64,000 bases of DNA. Source: Candidatus Bathyarchaeota archaeon (GTDB lineage Archaea; Thermoproteota; Bathyarchaeia; Bathyarchaeales; Bathycorpusculaceae). Location of the stretch: positions 192,001-256,000 of the forward strand of contig CAWABA010000001.1 in NCBI GenBank assembly GCA_963780185.1. The letters run 5' to 3'. Positions 20,200 through 31,548 of the stretch are shown piece after piece (positions within the stretch are counted from its first letter, which is position 1; each line of letters begins with the position of its first letter). The position numbers and the translations under genes are program-made. The notes under the pieces were generated by a model that made no database searches, was not told the origin of the DNA, and saw nothing but the letters and a program-made list of their open reading frames with translations.

Positions 20200-20879
20200 C
20201 CATGAGAATCTGCGTTTCAATTCTTCCAAAAAACATCGCTGAAGCGTTAAACCTCATCAAAAAGGCAGAAGAATCCGAAGCAGACCTAATCGAAGTCAGG
20301 CTAGACCGCCTCGAAAAAAATAGTAACCTAGGCGAACTTGCCAAAGCCACAAAGCTTCCCTTAATCGCGACAAACAAACTTGCAAGAGAAAAAGGTTTTT
20401 TTGCTGGTTCGGAAGCCGAGCGGCAACAAATCCTCTTGAGTGCCGCTGAAAACGGGTTCGAATACGTTGACGTTGACCTATCAAACCCAAACAACAAAGA
20501 AATAATCGATAAAATCAAAAAGTTGGGTTCAAAACCAATAGTTTCCTACCACAATTCTGAAGACGCCTTAAACGTTTCCGAAATGGAAAAAATCCTCCAC
20601 CAAGAGATTTCGTGCGGTGCCAGCGTCTGCAAAATCATAGTCACAGCCAAAACAACCGAAGATAACTTGACGGCGCTCAATTTCGTGGCTTCTCATTCTG
20701 GTGAGGCGAAGCTTGTTTGTTTCTGCATGAGCGAGGCGGGCAAGGTTTCGCGGCTTCTTTCTCCGATGTTCGGCGCGTTCTTCACGTTTGCGTCGCTGGA
20801 GCAGGGCGACGAAACGGCGAAGGGGCAGATGTCGATTGGCGAAATGAAAGTTGCATACGACCTTTTGGGGGCAACGTGA
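20196..20879 (+). CDS. aroD: Type I 3-dehydroquinate dehydratase
   Basis: IEVRLD, VSYHN, CKI, FCM…GKVSRL, GQ. Confidence 0.9.
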   Translation: MTMRICVSILPKNIAEALNLIKKAEESEADLIEVRLDRLEKNSNLGELAKATKLPLIATNKLAREKGFFAGSEAERQQILLSAAENGFEYVDVDLSNPNNKEIIDKIKKLGSKPIVSYHNSEDALNVSEMEKILHQEISCGASVCKIIVTAKTTEDNLTALNFVASHSGEAKLVCFCMSEAGKVSRLLSPMFGAFFTFASLEQGDETAKGQMSIGEMKVAYDLLGAT

Positions 20880-21745
20880 TGGCGGTTTCAGGTAAAACCA
20901 AAGTTTTCGGAGTAATCGGCGACCCCATAGAGCACAGCCTAAGCCCAGTCATGCAGAACGCGGCGTTTGAAGCCTCCAAACTTGACTGCGCATTCTTGCC
21001 ATTTAAAGTCGAATCTTCACAGCTTGGCAAAGCCATAGACGGCATGCGAGCCTTAGATATCCAGGGATTAAACGTTACCATGCCCCACAAAACCGCAATC
21101 CTGAGTTTCCTAGACGAAGTTGACACGACCGCCAAGGTCCTAAAAGCAGTTAACACGGTGAAAAATGAGGACGGCAAACTGTTAGGCTTCAACACTGACG
21201 GCGCAGGCGCAATGTCGGCGCTAAGAGAAAACGGCGTGGATCTTAGAGGCAAAAAAGTGATGTTGCTAGGCGCAGGCGGAGCTGCTAGAGCCATAGGTTT
21301 CGCGGTTGCGGCGCAGGCGGATGAGCTTTCAATATTGAATCGGTCAATTCAACCAGCAGCCGAGTTAGCAGACATCGTACATCAAAAGTTCAACAGCAAA
21401 GTCTTTGCATATGCGCTTTCCCCATTGACAATTCGGGGAGTTCTAGTTGATGCTGACTTGCTAATTAACGCCACTTCAGTCGGGATGAAACCAAACGCCG
21501 CCAAAACCCTAGTGCCCTCTGAATGGCTCAAACCCGATTTGGCAGTAATGGACATCGTTTACGACCCGCTTGAAACCAAGCTGGCGAGAAACGCGAAGGC
21601 TGCAGGAGCCAAAGTGGTCAGCGGAGTTGAAATGCTGATTTATCAGGGGGCGGCGTCGTTTGAAATCTGGACTGGCAAAAAAGCGCCAGTTGAAGTTATG
21701 AGGAAGGCAGCGCTTAACCATTTGCAAAAGGTGCAGAAGAGATGA
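20879..21745 (+). CDS. aroE: Shikimate dehydrogenase
   Basis: GDPIEHSLSP, NVTMPHK, AVNT, NTDG, GAGGAA, MLIYQG. Confidence 0.95.
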   Translation: MAVSGKTKVFGVIGDPIEHSLSPVMQNAAFEASKLDCAFLPFKVESSQLGKAIDGMRALDIQGLNVTMPHKTAILSFLDEVDTTAKVLKAVNTVKNEDGKLLGFNTDGAGAMSALRENGVDLRGKKVMLLGAGGAARAIGFAVAAQADELSILNRSIQPAAELADIVHQKFNSKVFAYALSPLTIRGVLVDADLLINATSVGMKPNAAKTLVPSEWLKPDLAVMDIVYDPLETKLARNAKAAGAKVVSGVEMLIYQGAASFEIWTGKKAPVEVMRKAALNHLQKVQKR

Positions 21746-22611
21746 CTGGGCAAGCAACGGCTATAGCGCATGGAGCAGCAACGATTGTTAACGCTATGGC
21801 TCTTGGCAAAGGCGCCGCTTTCGGAGTTGACCTATACACGAAGGCTCAGGTAAAATTAACTGACGAACCCGAAGTCGTTAAGGCGGAGATTGCTTCTGAC
21901 CCCCAAGAAAGCACCGTTCTGATGGAGAAAACCGTCACGCGGGTTCTTAGCCATTTCAAAGTGGAAAAGAGGTTTGGCGCCAAAGTTAAAACTTGGTCCA
22001 CCATCCCCATCGCTAAAGGGCTCAAAAGCAGCAGTGCCGCGGCGAACGCGGTGGCGTTGGCGACCACGGCGGCGCTGGGAGAGATGGTGGATGATTTTAA
22101 AATCGTCAATTTAGGCGTAGACGCTGCTTTCGATGCGAAAGTCACGGTGACAGGAGCTTTTGACGATGCATGTGCTTCATATTTCGGCGGTGTAGTTGTC
22201 ACAGACAATTTGGAACGCAAAATCGTAATGCAAACGTCGTCACCTGATGATTTTGTGGTGCTTTTCCATGTTCCTCCGCAAAAAGCCTATTCAGGCGACT
22301 CGAACGTTGACAGGCTCAGAGTGGTGAAGCCGCTGGTTCAAGTTGCCTATGATGAAGCTTTAGCTGGCGATTTTTGGGGCGCTTTGACGCTTAACGGTTT
22401 AATTTACTCTTCCGCTTCGGGGTTCGACCCTTCGATTGCAATTGATGCGTTGGCGGCTGGAGCGGTTGGAGCTGGGCTCTGCGGCAAAGGACCCGCGGTC
22501 ACTGCAGTTGTGCCTGAAGATAAGGTTGATTCGGTGAGGGCGGCTTTTCAAAAATTCGGCGGTGAAGTCTTGCAAGCACGCCTTAACCATGAGAAAGCAA
22601 AGGTGATTTAG
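21742..22611 (+). CDS. aroK: Archaeal shikimate kinase (GHMP family)
   Basis: GAATIVNA, IPIAKGLKSSSAAANA, TGAFDDA. Confidence 0.93.
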   Translation: MTGQATAIAHGAATIVNAMALGKGAAFGVDLYTKAQVKLTDEPEVVKAEIASDPQESTVLMEKTVTRVLSHFKVEKRFGAKVKTWSTIPIAKGLKSSSAAANAVALATTAALGEMVDDFKIVNLGVDAAFDAKVTVTGAFDDACASYFGGVVVTDNLERKIVMQTSSPDDFVVLFHVPPQKAYSGDSNVDRLRVVKPLVQVAYDEALAGDFWGALTLNGLIYSSASGFDPSIAIDALAAGAVGAGLCGKGPAVTAVVPEDKVDSVRAAFQKFGGEVLQARLNHEKAKVI

Positions 22612-22613
22612 CT

Positions 22614-23918
22614 ATGGTGGATGTAATCGTTAAAAAATCTGAAAAACTAAGCGGCGAAGTATGCGCTCCCCCATCAAAATCGTATACTCAGCGAATGCTT
22701 ATTGCGGCGGCTCTTTCCAATGGATCTGGAAAGGTGTCAAATCCCCTTCTTTCTGAAGACACAGAAGCAGCCCTGCGTGCCATAACGGCGTTAGGCGCTG
22801 AAACAAGCTTTGAAGAAAACTGCTGGGTCGTCAAAGGCGCGGCTTCAATTCAAAATGCGAAATCACCAATCGACTGCGGAGAATCTGGAGCTACCCTCCG
22901 TTTCATGGTGCCCGTCGCAGCCCTCGCTAGTGACCCCTCTACGCTGTTTTTCCGCGGCTCTCTTGATCGCAGACCAATTGAACCCTTAATCAAAAGTCTC
23001 GACGATTTGGGCGCAAAGGTTCATCTCAAAAAGTTCGGCGACAAAGACGCCGTGGTTGTTGAAGGCGGCGGAATCCTCGGAGGACAAACCTTAATTCGCG
23101 GCGACGTCAGTTCACAGTTCATCTCGGGGCTGATGTTTGCGTGTCCGATGGCGAAAGTTGACACCGAAATTATTTTAACGTCGCCGCTTGAGTCAACTAA
23201 CTACGCAAAAATGACTTGGGATGTACTTTCAAGACACGGCGTCAAAGTAGACGTTTACGGCAACTTCGAACGCATTGTAATCCCAGCCAACCAAGCCTTC
23301 AAGCCGGCTGATAGCCGAGTACCAGGCGACTTCTCATCAGCCGCATTTCTCCTCGCAGCCGCAGCCATCACCAACTCCAAAGTGCAGGTAAACGACCTTG
23401 ACCGCGAGAGCATTCAAGGCGACAAAGCCATTCTGGGCATTCTAAAGCAGATGGGTGTAGCGGGCAAAGTTTGTGACAACAGCGTTGAAATAGACGGCGT
23501 TGGCGGTCCGCTTGTTCCGCTTAATCTTGATGCAAAAAACATTCCTGACCTTGTCCCAGTATGCGCAGCTCTGGCATGCTTCGCTGAAGGCACATCAAAA
23601 ATAACTGGCGCGCAAAGGCTTAGGCTCAAAGAGTCCGACAGGCTGAAATCCCTTCATACTGAATTCAAAAAGATGGGCGGCAAAATAGAATTTGACTCGG
23701 ACAGCCTAACCATAACAGGCACTTCTAATCTGCACGGCGCTACAGTTAACTCCCATAATGACCATCGAATCGCGATGGCTTGCGCGGTTGCAGCTCTATG
23801 CGCTGAGAAACAAACTGTAATTCAAAACGCTCAGTGCGTCAGAAAGTCTTATCCGCAGTTCTTCCTTCATCTCAAACAGTTAGGAGCGGAAATTGTTGGC
23901 GGGAAATTCGACAGGTAA
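22614..23918 (+). CDS. aroA: EPSP synthase
   Basis: PPSKSYTQR, GESGATLRF, SSQFISG, LRLKESDRL, DHRIAMA, KSYPQF. Confidence 0.96.
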   Translation: MVDVIVKKSEKLSGEVCAPPSKSYTQRMLIAAALSNGSGKVSNPLLSEDTEAALRAITALGAETSFEENCWVVKGAASIQNAKSPIDCGESGATLRFMVPVAALASDPSTLFFRGSLDRRPIEPLIKSLDDLGAKVHLKKFGDKDAVVVEGGGILGGQTLIRGDVSSQFISGLMFACPMAKVDTEIILTSPLESTNYAKMTWDVLSRHGVKVDVYGNFERIVIPANQAFKPADSRVPGDFSSAAFLLAAAAITNSKVQVNDLDRESIQGDKAILGILKQMGVAGKVCDNSVEIDGVGGPLVPLNLDAKNIPDLVPVCAALACFAEGTSKITGAQRLRLKESDRLKSLHTEFKKMGGKIEFDSDSLTITGTSNLHGATVNSHNDHRIAMACAVAALCAEKQTVIQNAQCVRKSYPQFFLHLKQLGAEIVGGKFDR

Positions 23919-25012
23919 AGAATTCGTATTCACCACTTTCGGCGAAAGCCACGGCAAAATCGTAGGCGTAGTTGTGGACGGTTGCCCAGCAGGCTTGCCC
24001 CTGTCTGAAGCAGACATCCAAGCCGAACTGGACAGACGCATCCCCGCAGACTCCAAAATCGTTTCTGCAAGAATCGAAAAAGACGTGCCCAAAATTTTGT
24101 CAGGCGTCTTCAACGGCTACACCACGGGTGCTCCCATAGCCGTGACGGTTGAGAACAGGGAGGTTGACTCGGCGGATTACGAAGCAATCAAGAATCTGCC
24201 AAGACCCGGACACGCAGACTACCCCGCAGGCGTCAAGTACGGCGGCTTTAACGATTATCGAGGCGGCGGACGGTTCAGCGGCAGGGTTACAGTGGCGATA
24301 ATAATGGCTGGCGCCATCGCCAAGAAGCTGCTAAGCCACTTCGACGTTGACGTTTTAGCTTACACAAGAGCCATAGGCAAAATCAGAAGCGACAAAAAAT
24401 TCAGCACCGAAGAAATCCAAAAGAACCGCTACGCGGCGGCGACTCGGTGCCCAGACCTGTCCTGCGCCGAAAAAATGGAGCAAGCCATCGTTGAAGCCCG
24501 AGAAGAAGGCGAAAGCGTCGGCGGCGTAGTTGAATGCATCGCCCTGAACGTTCCAGTAGGGGTTGGCGAGCCAATGTTTGATTCGCTTGACGCTGACTTA
24601 GCTAAGGCGCTGTTTAATGTTCCCGCTGTAAAAGCGGTTGAGTTCGGCTTAGGCTTCGCTGTTGCCGATTTAAAAGGCTCAGAAAGCAACGACGCCTACG
24701 TCATGCAAAACGGCAAAGTTACAAGCTTCAACAGATAACATGGGCGGAATCTTAGGCGGCATATCCAACGGCATGCCAATCCAAATTCGGGCAGCAATCA
24801 AACCAACGCCCTCCATCAGCCTGCCGCAGAAAACCGTTAACTTGTCCACTATGGAAAACGCTTCTGTAACCGTTAAGGGCAGGCATGACCCGTGTGTGGT
24901 TCCGAAAGCCGTTCCCGCAGTGGAAGCCGCCGTTGCAGTAACGTTAGCTGACCACATGATTCGTGCTGGTTTCATACCGAAAGTTTTGGAGAGAAAGAAA
25001 ATTGTTGGATGA
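23896..25012 (+). CDS. aroC: Chorismate synthase (indel near 24725-24740)
   Basis: TFGESHG, RPGHAD, GGGRFSGR. Second piece has GGILGGISNG and GRHDPCVVP. Confidence 0.93.
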
Positions 25013-25265
25013 ACTTGAACGCTACAGAAAACGGGTCGACGAAGTTGACGAATTGATTCTGAAGGCATTAACTGAAAGAGTCAAGATATGCATGGCTATT
25101 GGTTTGGTGAAGAAAAAACGGGGCATGGAAGTCAAGGATGCTTCCAGAGAAAAAGACGTTTACAAAAAAGTTAAAGAGAAATCTGCCGAATTATGCTTAG
25201 ATCCCCAGAAAGTTGAGGCAGTTTACCGCGAAATAGTTAATATGTGCAGTGCAGTTCAAGAATAA
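25005..25265 (+). CDS. Chorismate mutase (AroQ type II)
   Basis: LERYRKRVDEVDELILKALTER…IGLVKK…DASREK. Confidence 0.88.
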   Translation: MDELERYRKRVDEVDELILKALTERVKICMAIGLVKKKRGMEVKDASREKDVYKKVKEKSAELCLDPQKVEAVYREIVNMCSAVQE

Positions 25266-25295
25266 GAAATAATCTGAAAAGGAAAGTTTACGGCA

Positions 25296-26375
25296 ATGCT
25301 CTACGAAATAAACGAGAAAGCCATAAGACTCGAAAACCAAGGAAAGAAAATTATCCGCTTAAACCTAGGTGACCCTGACCTGGCGACGCCAACGGAGATT
25401 GTGGAAGCCGCGTACGCTGCTATGAAGGCGGGGAAAACAAAGTATTCTTCAGCTTATGGCGAGGAAAAACTAAGGCAGAAACTCGCGAAGATTCATGGAG
25501 TTAAAGCAGAAAACGTGGTTATTACGCCTGGTTCCAAATGGGGCGTCTTCGCGACGCTTTATTTGACGATGAAGGCTGGAGGCAACATCATCATACCCAC
25601 GCCTTACTGGACAGCTTACGATTTGATGGCTAAAAGCATCGGTGCCCAAACAAGGCTGCTTCGAACCGAAATGGAAGACGGCTGGAAAGTTGATTTGGGC
25701 AAGCTTGAAGCCATGATTGACAAAGACACAAAGATGATAATTCTCAATAACCCGAATAATCCAACCAGCAAAGTCATGGATGCAAAAACCTTAGACGGCA
25801 TAGTGGAAATCGCCAACAAAAAAGGCGTAACCATCCTCTCAGACGAAGTTTACGGTCCAATCAGCTTCGTAAAAACAAAAAGCATCCTTGAATACGACGG
25901 CAACAACACTCACATCCTGTCAAACGGCTTCTCCAAAATGTTCACTATGACGGGCTGGCGAATCGGCTACATCATAGCCAACAAGCCGCTAATCGACAAC
26001 ATCACAAAACTAAACCAAATCACCATAAACAACGTGCCAGTCTTCATACAGGAAGCAGCTTTGAAAGGGCTTGAAATGCAGAAAAGCCTGACCAACAGCA
26101 TCGAGAAAGAATATCAAGAACGAGCAAAAATGGCGTGTGCAACCCTCACGAAAGCGGGGCTTTCCTTCACCGAGCCTGAAGCACCCTTCTACGTGTTCCC
26201 TAAACGTAAAGGCTTAGACTCCGAAAAATTCACTTTAGACCTGCTTGACAAAGGCGTCGCAGTTGCTCCAGGAACATCTTTCGGCGACTACAGAGAACAC
26301 TTCCGCATCTCCCTAACTGCCCCCCGAAACGAAATAAAGGTGGGGTTGGAAAAAATCAGCGAGGCGCTCGGATGA
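25296..26375 (+). CDS. Class I/II PLP aminotransferase (probable aromatic aminotransferase)
   Basis: LNLGDPD, NNPNNPT, SDEVY, FSKMFTMTGWRIG. Operon context. Confidence 0.9.
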   Translation: MLYEINEKAIRLENQGKKIIRLNLGDPDLATPTEIVEAAYAAMKAGKTKYSSAYGEEKLRQKLAKIHGVKAENVVITPGSKWGVFATLYLTMKAGGNIIIPTPYWTAYDLMAKSIGAQTRLLRTEMEDGWKVDLGKLEAMIDKDTKMIILNNPNNPTSKVMDAKTLDGIVEIANKKGVTILSDEVYGPISFVKTKSILEYDGNNTHILSNGFSKMFTMTGWRIGYIIANKPLIDNITKLNQITINNVPVFIQEAALKGLEMQKSLTNSIEKEYQERAKMACATLTKAGLSFTEPEAPFYVFPKRKGLDSEKFTLDLLDKGVAVAPGTSFGDYREHFRISLTAPRNEIKVGLEKISEALG

Positions 26376-27247
26376 AAACCGCGGTTCTCGGCGCGGGAAA
26401 AATGGGTGTTTGGTTCGCAAAGTTTTGCAAGGAGAAAGGCGACATCGTAATTCTGGCAGATCGAAAAGCGGATAAGCTGTCGAGGCTTGGCAAGGAGTTA
26501 GGCGTTGAAACCACAACTGACTTTGTGGAAGCGGTGAAGGCAGCTGACGAAATCGTGATTTGCGTTTCCATCAGCAGCTTCGAAGACGTCGTAAAAAAGA
26601 TAGGTCCTCACATTCATGATGGGCAGGCGGTTACGGACATATGCTCAATTAAAGAGTTTCCCGTCAAAGTGATGCATGAGCACATCAAGCACGGGTTGGT
26701 TTTGGGTACGCACCCCGTTTTTGGTCCCGGCAGCAAAGGCGTAAACCACAAAGCCTACATACTTACCCCGACAAACGCCGCCGAAGAAAAATACGCTGAA
26801 GACTTCAAGAAGTGGCTGGAGAAAGAAGAAGCACACGTCTTCATCATGACACCCCAAAAACACGACCAACTCATGTCAATCGTCCTCGGATTTCCCCACT
26901 TCCTCGGATTAGCCGCATGCGAAACCCTTCTTGAACAGCAGCTTTTCCCCGAAACCAAACAGGTGGCAGGAACAACTTACCGCATGCTCTTCACCTTGGC
27001 GGAAGCAACGGCTCTAGAAACCCCTGACCTGTACGCTAATTTGCAGATGAAGCTGCCTGAGATGCGAAAAATCGAAGAAGCCTACATCGAGAAGGCGCAG
27101 GAGTGGCTGGATTTGCTTAAGCAGAAGAACCCGCAGGCAATCGTTGACCGTATGGAGCAGCTTAAAACGAAACTGCAGAAGGTTGACCCAGACTTCGCCC
27201 AGTCATACGAAGTCATGTACAAAATGCTCGAAGCCACAGAAAAATAA
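26372..27247 (+). CDS. tyrA: Prephenate dehydrogenase
   Basis: GAGKMG, DICSIK, THPVFGP, HDQLM. Confidence 0.92.
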   Translation: MKTAVLGAGKMGVWFAKFCKEKGDIVILADRKADKLSRLGKELGVETTTDFVEAVKAADEIVICVSISSFEDVVKKIGPHIHDGQAVTDICSIKEFPVKVMHEHIKHGLVLGTHPVFGPGSKGVNHKAYILTPTNAAEEKYAEDFKKWLEKEEAHVFIMTPQKHDQLMSIVLGFPHFLGLAACETLLEQQLFPETKQVAGTTYRMLFTLAEATALETPDLYANLQMKLPEMRKIEEAYIEKAQEWLDLLKQKNPQAIVDRMEQLKTKLQKVDPDFAQSYEVMYKMLEATEK

Positions 27248-27392
27248 ACGACTGTTGCCGCAATCGCCTGTTTCAAATAAAGGACAAATATCAAACGGTT
27301 ATTGAGAGAATAGCAGCAATAAAAGCTAAATGCTAGCAAAGCTGTAACAAAAGTGAACGGGGAAGAAAACGGTAACAGGAGAGTAATAGAAG

Positions 27393-28007
27393 ATGAAGGT
27401 TCTAGTAGTAAACTGCTCCTTAAAGTCGAAGAGCGAAGCTTTGGTTGCTGCAGTAAACAAATTCAGCAATGTCTTGCTCGCCGACTTCAGCTTAATCGAT
27501 GATACACACCTCATTGGCAGCGACATCGACGCTGTAATCATAAGTGGTTCAGGCGCAAGAATCGTGCATCCAGCCGAGAGGCAGATGTTCAACGGCGTCG
27601 CCAACTTGATAAGAAACTGCAACTTGCCGCTTCTGGGAATCTGCTATGGCCAACAACTTCTCTGCCACACCTTAGGCGCAGACGTCGGAGCATTGCCAGA
27701 GGAAGTATTCCGCTTCGAAGATGTCCGCTTACTAGCCGACGACGAAGTGTTCTCTGGTTTTAGCAGGGGGCAGAAGGTGCCCCTTTGCGAATCCCACCAC
27801 GACTACGTCCTCAAAGATAGCCTCAAAAAGGCAGGGATGATTTTGCTTGCGGATTCACCGTCATGCGAAGTCGAAGCAGTTAAGCACAAGAGCAAGCCGT
27901 TCTACGGGTTCCAGTTCCACCCTGAAAGAATAACCATCGATAACGTGACCCATCCCGAGGGACATAAAGTCATAGAGAACTTCTGCCGAAAAATAGTCAA
28001 GAAATAA
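27393..28007 (+). CDS. Stand-alone class I glutamine amidotransferase (GuaA-A-like)
   Basis: ISGS, LGICYGQQ, SHHD, QFHPE catalytic triad. Confidence 0.85.
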   Translation: MKVLVVNCSLKSKSEALVAAVNKFSNVLLADFSLIDDTHLIGSDIDAVIISGSGARIVHPAERQMFNGVANLIRNCNLPLLGICYGQQLLCHTLGADVGALPEEVFRFEDVRLLADDEVFSGFSRGQKVPLCESHHDYVLKDSLKKAGMILLADSPSCEVEAVKHKSKPFYGFQFHPERITIDNVTHPEGHKVIENFCRKIVKK

Positions 28008-28185
28008 AGCCCAAATGTCGGCTTACTTTTTCGATCCAGCGCGCTCAAGCAGCAAACGCTCATCTGTGAAGCCGAACTTGGTATATGCTTTCAACCCCTG
28101 TTTGCTGCAGTTGCAAACGTTGTTCTGTTTCAAATAAAAGCTTATTCAAGGTCAACTCTGCAGAAAGAGCCAAAGAAAAAGGTGT

Positions 28186-28997
28186 TCAGATGACTCTGGG
28201 GTAGGATCCCAGGATTTTCACGAACGTCGCGTATTTTTCCAGGGCTTCCAAGGCTTCTGCGCAGCGTTTTTCGGTTCGGTGCCCCTCAAAGTCGAGGTAA
28301 AAGTTGTATTGCCACGCAGTGGTTTTGGTGGGTCTGGATTCGATTTTGGTTAGGTTGATGTTTCTTGATGCGAACTCGCTGAGGGCGTGGTAGAGGGTTC
28401 CGGGGCGTGTTTGGCTGAGAATATGATTGAGGTTTTGTCGTCGCCTGTGGGGGCTGCATCTTCGTGGCCGAGGACAAGAAACCGAGTGTAGTTTGATGGG
28501 TTATCGGCGATGTCTCGGGCAAGAATCTTCATGCTGTAGAGGTCTGCGGCTTTTTCGCTTGCGATGGCGGCAGCGTTTGTGAGGTTTTTTTCTTTAATGA
28601 TTTTTACGGCTCCAGCGGTATCGTAAGCGGGGATGATTTCCCACTTGTGCCTTTCAAGGTATTTGCGGCATTGCGCTAACGCTTGGGGATGCGAGTAAAC
28701 TGTTTCGATGTCCTCGATTTTGGTGTCTGGGTTGCCGATTAGGACATGGGCAAGTTTTACTGCGACTTCACCGCAGACTTTGAGGTCATAAGTGAGGAAT
28801 AGGTCGTAGTTTTGGTTGACGCTGCCCTCGATAGAGTTCTCAATCGGAACCACGCCATGGGGAACAACACCTGTTTTTACGGATTCGAAGACATCGCGGA
28901 AATCTTTGCAGGGAACTGGCTCTACTTTGCTGCCGAAAAACTTGTAGACAGCCATTTCACTGTAAGCGCCAGTTTCACCCTGATATGCTACTTTCAC
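28186..28997 (-). CDS. pheA: Prephenate dehydratase with ACT domain (indels in the 3' part)
   Basis: YQGETGAYSE, PIENSIEGSV, SHPQALAQC, NYTRF. The downstream frame ends …KILGSYPRVI* at 28186. Confidence 0.92.
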
Positions 28998-30505
28998 TGT
29001 TTGTTTCCCCGATTGTGACTCTTAAGCAAAAGCTTGTTTATACCGTTTATCATCGCTTCGACGCTTGCCATCACGATGTCTTCTCTTGCCGCCCTCGCCG
29101 AAACCAAATTGCCTTTCTCATCCTCCACTTTAATGATGACTTCTGCAACAGCGTTTGAGCCGCCCGTAATGGCTTCAAGACGGTACTCTCGGAGACGGAT
29201 GTTTTCTTGGCTGCTGATTAGCTTCTGAATTGCTTTTAGAACCGCGTCAACTGGACCTACACCTGTTTCTGCGGCAATGTATTCTTTCCCATCCAGAATC
29301 AGCCGCACTGAAGCCGTTGGGATAACTTTGATGCCGGTGACCACTGCCATGTCGCATAAGGAAACGATTTTCTGTTCCCGACTTCGCCTATAACCGCAGA
29401 GGTCAACGCCAGCAAGTCCGCGTCCGTGACCATTTTGCCTTTGTCGCCAAGTTCCTTGACGCGTTGGACGATTTCTTTGAGTTGCTCCTCCGTTGGGTGA
29501 ATGCCGACTTCTTCCAGCTCCGCTTTGATGCCGCGTGTCCCCGCCAGTTTCCCAGCTACAAGTTTTCTTGTGCGGCCAACCAACGCGGGGTCTATCGGTT
29601 CAAAGGTTAGGGGTTTCTCGGTTACTCCGCGGGTGTGGATGCCTGATTCATGTGCGAAAGCGTTTTCGCCGACCAGCGCCTTGTTAGCCTGCACGGCGAT
29701 GCCTGTTAACGTTGAAACCATGCGGGATGTGCTGTAGAGTAGTCGGCTGTTTACGCCTGTCTTGTACTTGTAAATTACCTGCAGCGCCATAACCACTTCT
29801 TCCAGCGAAGCGTTACCTGCCCGCTCGCCCAACCCGTTGACGGCAACATGCACTTGCACAGCGCCCGCTTCCACGGCAGCCAACGAGTTTGCGACTGCCA
29901 ACCCGAAGTCGTCGTGGCAGTGAATGCTAATCGGCGTCTTGACGACGGATTTGATTTCTTCAACGAATTTGATGGTTGATTTCGGAATCATGATGCCTAC
30001 GGTGTCAGGCAAGTTGAGGCTGTCCATTCCTGCTTTTTCTGCAGCTTGGCAAACCTGTTTTAGAAAAGGCATTTCGGAACGTGTGGCATCCATGGGTGAA
30101 AACTCGCATTTTACCCCATGCGCCTTCACGTACTCAATCGACTCAACCGCTGAAGCCAACACTTGCTCAGGTGTCAAGTTGACGGCGTACTTCATCTGCA
30201 CTGGCAGAGGTCGGGATGAAAACGTGGATTAAGTCAACGTCGCAGTCCAGCGCCGCGTCAATGTCGCCTTTTGTCGCTCGGGAAAGGGCGCAGATTTCAG
30301 AATTCAAGCCCAGCTTGGCAATTTCTTTAACGACTTTTTTTTCGCCGTCAGAGGAACTTGGAAAACCCGCTTCGATAACGTCAACGCCCAGTTTGCCTAG
30401 TTGGCGTGCGATCTCAATTTTGTCTTCAGGGGTTAAAGAAACCCCGGGGGTTTGTTCGCCGTCTCTTAGGGTGGTGTCTAAAATCCGTATGTATTTTCCC
30501 GTCAT
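28994..30505 (-). CDS. leuA: 2-isopropylmalate/citramalate synthase family (three ORF pieces)
   Basis: [31 protein letters not shown]-terminal regulatory domain GVGPVDA. LeuA versus CimA cannot be resolved here. Confidence 0.85.
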
Positions 30506-30509
30506 TTTT

Positions 30510-31548
30510 TCAGCCAGTTTTCACTGTTAAGGCTGCAGCAATGGCTTCCGCCATTCCCACGGTCGTTGTGTTGCCGCCGCAGTCTGGAACAGTTTGACCG
30601 TTACGTAACGCGTAAATTACGCCGTTCTCGATTGCTGCGCCTGCCTGCATGCATTTTTTGTCGTTGTATTTTTCGCCAAGCCACTCCAGCATCATTTTCG
30701 CGCTAAGAACCATCGAAATCGGGTTTGCTGTGTGTTTTCCTTCCCTGTTTGGCGCTGAACCATGGATGGGTTCGAAGAGTGCGAAGTTGTCGCCTAAGTT
30801 TGCGCCTGGAGCCATGCCTAAGCCGCCGATTAGTTGGGCTGCTTCGTCTGAGAGGATGTCGCCGAACATGTTGCATGTGCAGAACACATCGAATATCTGC
30901 GGCTCCTTGATGAGCCGCATCGACGCTGCGTCAACGTACAGTTCGTTGAAGGCGATGTCTGGGTACTGCTTGGCTGTTTCGCGGCATACGCTGGCGAATA
31001 ACCCGTCGGTTACCCGCATAACGTTTGCTTTGTGGATTGCGGTGACTTTCTTTTTGCCGTTGCGTAGGCGCGCCATTTCGAAGGCTTTTTTGGCTATGCG
31101 TTCGCAGGCTTTGCGTGTTATGACCCTGATGCAGATGGTTGTGTTCGGGTCTAAGTGTGAATTCTAAGCCTTTGTAAACGTCCTCGGTGTTTTCCCTGAC
31201 CCACAGCATGTCAATGTCTGGTCTAGCAACTGGAACCGATGGGTAAGACTTGATCGGGCGCAGGTTCGCGTATAAATCGAACATCAACCTGAGTTTAACT
31301 ATGACGTCTGCTGCTGTTTCGCCGACTGGACCTTTCAGGCACGCGTGAGACGCCTTGATTATTTCTACGCTGTCCGCAGGAAGCGCCACGCCTCTTTTCG
31401 CTAAGGTGCCGTCGCCTGCTTCAGCCTCAATCATCTTCAGTTTTATGCCGAATTTTTTCTGCGCTGCCTCTAGAACTTTCAGGGTTGCTTCTGTTAGTTC
31501 TGGACCGATTCCGTCTCCTGGAATCAACGAAATTTTGTATTCAGTCAT
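30510..31548 (-). CDS. leuB: 3-isopropylmalate dehydrogenase family (indel near 31150)
   Basis: [43 protein letters not shown]. Confidence 0.88.
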
